A stretch of DNA of 45,822 nucleotides from Bacillota bacterium (GTDB taxonomy: Bacteria > Bacillota > Bacilli > Alicyclobacillales > Alicyclobacillaceae): contig JAJZAV010000001.1 in the NCBI GenBank assembly GCA_021799255.1, forward strand, positions 1 through 45,822, in the 5' to 3' direction. Made by a program: the position numbers and the translations under genes. Below are positions 43,455 through 45,822 of the stretch, one piece after another; within the stretch, counting starts at the first letter, position 1; each line of letters opens with the position of its first letter. The notes below the pieces were generated by a model, which made no database searches, was not told where the DNA came from, and saw nothing but the letters and a program-made list of their open reading frames with translations.

Positions 43455-43952
43455 GTGCGCATTGATCCCAATCAATTGGAGCTCACGGAGAAGCTCGTCA
43501 CGGTCAATCGCGTTGCCAAGGTCGTGAAGGGCGGACGCCGCTTTTCGTTCTCGGCTCTGGTAGTCGTCGGCGATGGAAATGGGCACGTTGGGGCTGGCCT
43601 GGGCAAGGCTCAGGAGGTTCCAGATGCCATCCGTAAGGGCGTTGAAGACGCGAAGAAGAACTTGATCCACGTACCGATGAAGAGAACTTCGATTCCGCAC
43701 GAGTCTCTCGGGCGCTTCGGGGCGGGAAGCGTGTTGCTAAAACCAGCTCCGGAAGGCTCCGGTGTTATCGCGGGTGGGCCGGTTCGTGCTGTGCTTGAGT
43801 CGGCTGGAATTAAAGATATCGCGACGAAGTCGCTTGGCTCCAACAACCCAATTAACATGGTGCATGCAACGCTGGCTGCCCTGTCTCAATTGAAGCGGGC
43901 GGAAGAAGTTGCGCGCTTGCGGGGAAAGACGGTCGAGGAGATTCTCGGCTGA
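43455..43952 (+). CDS. rpsE: 30S ribosomal protein S5
   Basis: [40 protein letters not shown] 43455 lies 5 nt after AGGAAGGTG. Confidence 0.96.
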   Translation: MRIDPNQLELTEKLVTVNRVAKVVKGGRRFSFSALVVVGDGNGHVGAGLGKAQEVPDAIRKGVEDAKKNLIHVPMKRTSIPHESLGRFGAGSVLLKPAPEGSGVIAGGPVRAVLESAGIKDIATKSLGSNNPINMVHATLAALSQLKRAEEVARLRGKTVEEILG

Positions 43953-43970
43953 CACTAGGAGGGATGAAAA

Positions 43971-44162
43971 ATGGGCAAGAAACTGTCCATTACGCTCGTA
44001 CACAGTCCCGTTGGTCGGCCGGAACCACAGCGCAAGACGGTAGAGGCACTCGGACTACGCAGAATGCACCACGAGGTGCTGTGTGACGATACGCCGACGA
44101 TTCGTGGCATGGTAAAGAAGATTCAACATCTCGTTAGCGTTCAAGAGGTTGTGACTGAGTAA
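43971..44162 (+). CDS. rpmD: 50S ribosomal protein L30
   Basis: KLSITLVHSPVGRPEPQRKTVEALGLRR. Confidence 0.93.
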   Translation: MGKKLSITLVHSPVGRPEPQRKTVEALGLRRMHHEVLCDDTPTIRGMVKKIQHLVSVQEVVTE

Positions 44163-44183
44163 CTAAGTAGGGAGGTGACCGAA

Positions 44184-44627
44184 ATGCAGTTGCACGAGCT
44201 GAGCTCTCCCCAAGGAGCGCGCCATTCCAAGAAGCGTGTTGGCAGAGGAACGAGTTCCGGTATGGGCAAGACGTCAACGCGTGGTCACAAGGGCCAGTGG
44301 GCCAGATCTGGCGGTGGTGTCCGACCTGGATTTGAAGGTGGGCAGACCCCGTTGTTCCGACGGTTGCCAAAGCGTGGGTTCACGAATGCTAGGTTTCGTC
44401 AGACTTACGCCGTCGTGAATCTGGAGCAACTAAATGAGTTGCCTGAGAACACCGTTGTGACGCCGGATTTGCTGCTTGAGAAGCGGATCGTTCGTTCTTT
44501 ACAGGACGGCGTGAAGATCCTTGGCAAGGGTGAACTGACCGTGAAGTTGTCCGTGCAGGCGCACGCCTTCTCGGCGTCGGCGAAAGAGAAAATTGAAGCC
44601 GTAGGTGGAAACGCCGAGGTGATATAA
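44184..44627 (+). CDS. rplO: 50S ribosomal protein L15
   Basis: [38 protein letters not shown] 44184 lies 5 nt after GGGAGGTGA. Confidence 0.96.
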   Translation: MQLHELSSPQGARHSKKRVGRGTSSGMGKTSTRGHKGQWARSGGGVRPGFEGGQTPLFRRLPKRGFTNARFRQTYAVVNLEQLNELPENTVVTPDLLLEKRIVRSLQDGVKILGKGELTVKLSVQAHAFSASAKEKIEAVGGNAEVI

Positions 44628-45822
44628 ATGCTGACGACCATCGCGAACCTGTGGCGGTTAAAGCATGTGCGCAACCGAATCTTGTTTACGTTGTTCGTGA
44701 TAGCGATCTATCGTATCGGTACGTACATCCAGGTTCCGGGCCTCAACGTGGCCGCCTTGAATCAAAACCAGAGCAACCAGTTGTTCAACTTGTTGGACAT
44801 TTTCTCTGGCGGAGCTTTCTACCGCTTTTCAATCTTTGCGATGAGTGTGATGCCGTATATCACGGCATCCATTATCGTGCAACTGCTCCAGTCCGGGGTG
44901 GTGCCGCGGTTTGAGGAGTGGCAGAAGGAAGGCGAGTCCGGCCGGCAGCGGTTAACGCAAATTACGCGTTACATCGCCGTAGGTATGGGTCTCCTTCAGG
45001 CATCAGCTCTCACGTTCATGTTTGCGCGCAGCGGATATCTGTTGTTCCACGACTGGTGGTCGTACATCGTCATCGTGATAACTCTGACCGCCGGCGACGT
45101 CCTGCTGATGTGGTTCGGTGAAATGATTACGGAGAAAGGCATCGGCAATGGCATCTCCATCATTATCTTCATCAGCATCATTTCGCGGTTCGGTCAGATA
45201 GGCCAAGAAATTGCCCAGACATGGTTTGTTTCGAAGCCTGGGGAACTGCTGACGGGGGTATTGCGGGTTGGAATTCTAGCCGTGGGCGTCATCGCCCTGT
45301 TTGCCTTGATTGTCTGGGTACAGCAAGCAGAGCGCCGCATCCCGATTCAGTATGCCAAGCGTGTCGTGGGACGGACGGTGTACTCTGGTCAGCAGACGCA
45401 CATCCCGCTTAAAGTGAACGCGGCAGGCGTCATCCCAGTCATTTTTGCGGCGTCCCTGCTCATTCTCCCGTATACAGTGGCGTCGTACTTCTCGTCGCAC
45501 CATTGGGCTATCGTTGTTCAGCAGTGGTTAAATCCGAGTTCTCGCTTGTACTATGGTTTAGAGGTTGTGCTGATCATTTTGTTCACCTTCTTCTACACTC
45601 ACGTTCAGGTGAATCCGGAACAGCTGGCTGAGCAACTCCAAAAGCATGCGGGTTACATCCCAGGAGTTCGCCCGGGTTATGACACCGAACAGTACATTAT
45701 TCGGGTGCTCAATCGCATTACCGTATTTGGATCGATTTTCTTGGGGCTCATCTCCATCCTGCCGTACCTTGCTCTTCAAGGCATGAGCATGACAGCGGTG
45801 TATTTGGGCGGTACGTCGTTGC
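44628..45822 (+). CDS. secY: Preprotein translocase subunit SecY (3'-truncated by the window edge)
   Basis: My own translation from ATG 44628 is open to the window end: MLTTIANLWRLKHVRNRILFTLFVIAIYRIGTYIQVPGLN...FAMSVMPYITASIIVQLL...GEMITEKGIGNGISIIIF...IPLKVNAAGVIPVIFA. Not in the ORF track, presumably because the window holds no stop codon for it. Confidence 0.95.
   Translation, partial: MLTTIANLWRLKHVRNRILFTLFVIAIYRIGTYIQVPGLNVAALNQNQSNQLFNLLDIFSGGAFYRFSIFAMSVMPYITASIIVQLLQSGVVPRFEEWQKEGESGRQRLTQITRYIAVGMGLLQASALTFMFARSGYLLFHDWWSYIVIVITLTAGDVLLMWFGEMITEKGIGNGISIIIFISIISRFGQIGQEIAQTWFVSKPGELLTGVLRVGILAVGVIALFALIVWVQQAERRIPIQYAKRVVGRTVYSGQQTHIPLKVNAAGVIPVIFAASLLILPYTVASYFSSHHWAIVVQQWLNPSSRLYYGLEVVLIILFTFFYTHVQVNPEQLAEQLQKHAGYIPGVRPGYDTEQYIIRVLNRITVFGSIFLGLISILPYLALQGMSMTAVYLGGTSL

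Overview
This 45.8-kb window is a block of core Firmicutes (Bacillales-type) housekeeping genes. Every gene I can support is on the + strand. The order is colinear, from memory, with the Bacillus subtilis ctsR-to-secY region: ctsR-mcsA-mcsB-clpC, radA, disA, pssA, yacL, ispD-ispF, a T-box leader plus cysS, mrnC, rlmB, yacP/rae1, sigH, rpmG-secE-nusG, rplK-rplA, the L10 leader plus rplJ-rplL, ybxB, rpoB-rpoC, ybxF-rpsL-rpsG-fusA-tuf, and the S10/spc ribosomal-protein operons. The window ends inside secY, which runs off the 3' edge and is therefore missing from the ORF track. rpmG (49 aa) is also missing from the track because it is under 60 aa. I moved many track ORF starts inward to SD-preceded ATG/GTG/TTG codons that match the N-termini I remember for the families. 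I see no mobile element, CRISPR array, defence island or tRNA/rRNA gene. The one region this ordinary content does not explain is the first ~1.5 kb. It is a GC-rich, purine-rich, terminator-free, non-coding tract with two full and one truncated tandem copy of a ~410-bp unit. Each unit contains four ~26-nt partly palindromic sub-repeats. A ~520-nt unique hairpin-rich extension follows and ends right at the ctsR promoter and CtsR operator. I cannot assign it to a known RNA or element class by eye, and it is my top candidate for something undescribed. Lesser oddities:
- a ~300-nt ctsR leader carrying a perfect 17-nt tandem repeat
- a ~150-nt ctsR-mcsA spacer with a long stem whose loop holds three 10-nt-periodic AYAGCGCC repeats
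- a ~440-nt pssA-yacL spacer
- an AT-rich ~570-nt ybxB-rpoB spacer with a promoter-like and a terminator-like element
- a promoter-like element directly followed by a terminator hairpin upstream of rpmG
- an Arg/Gly-rich N-terminal extension on rlmB

Everything was read by eye without searches. Family assignments rest on remembered motifs and synteny.
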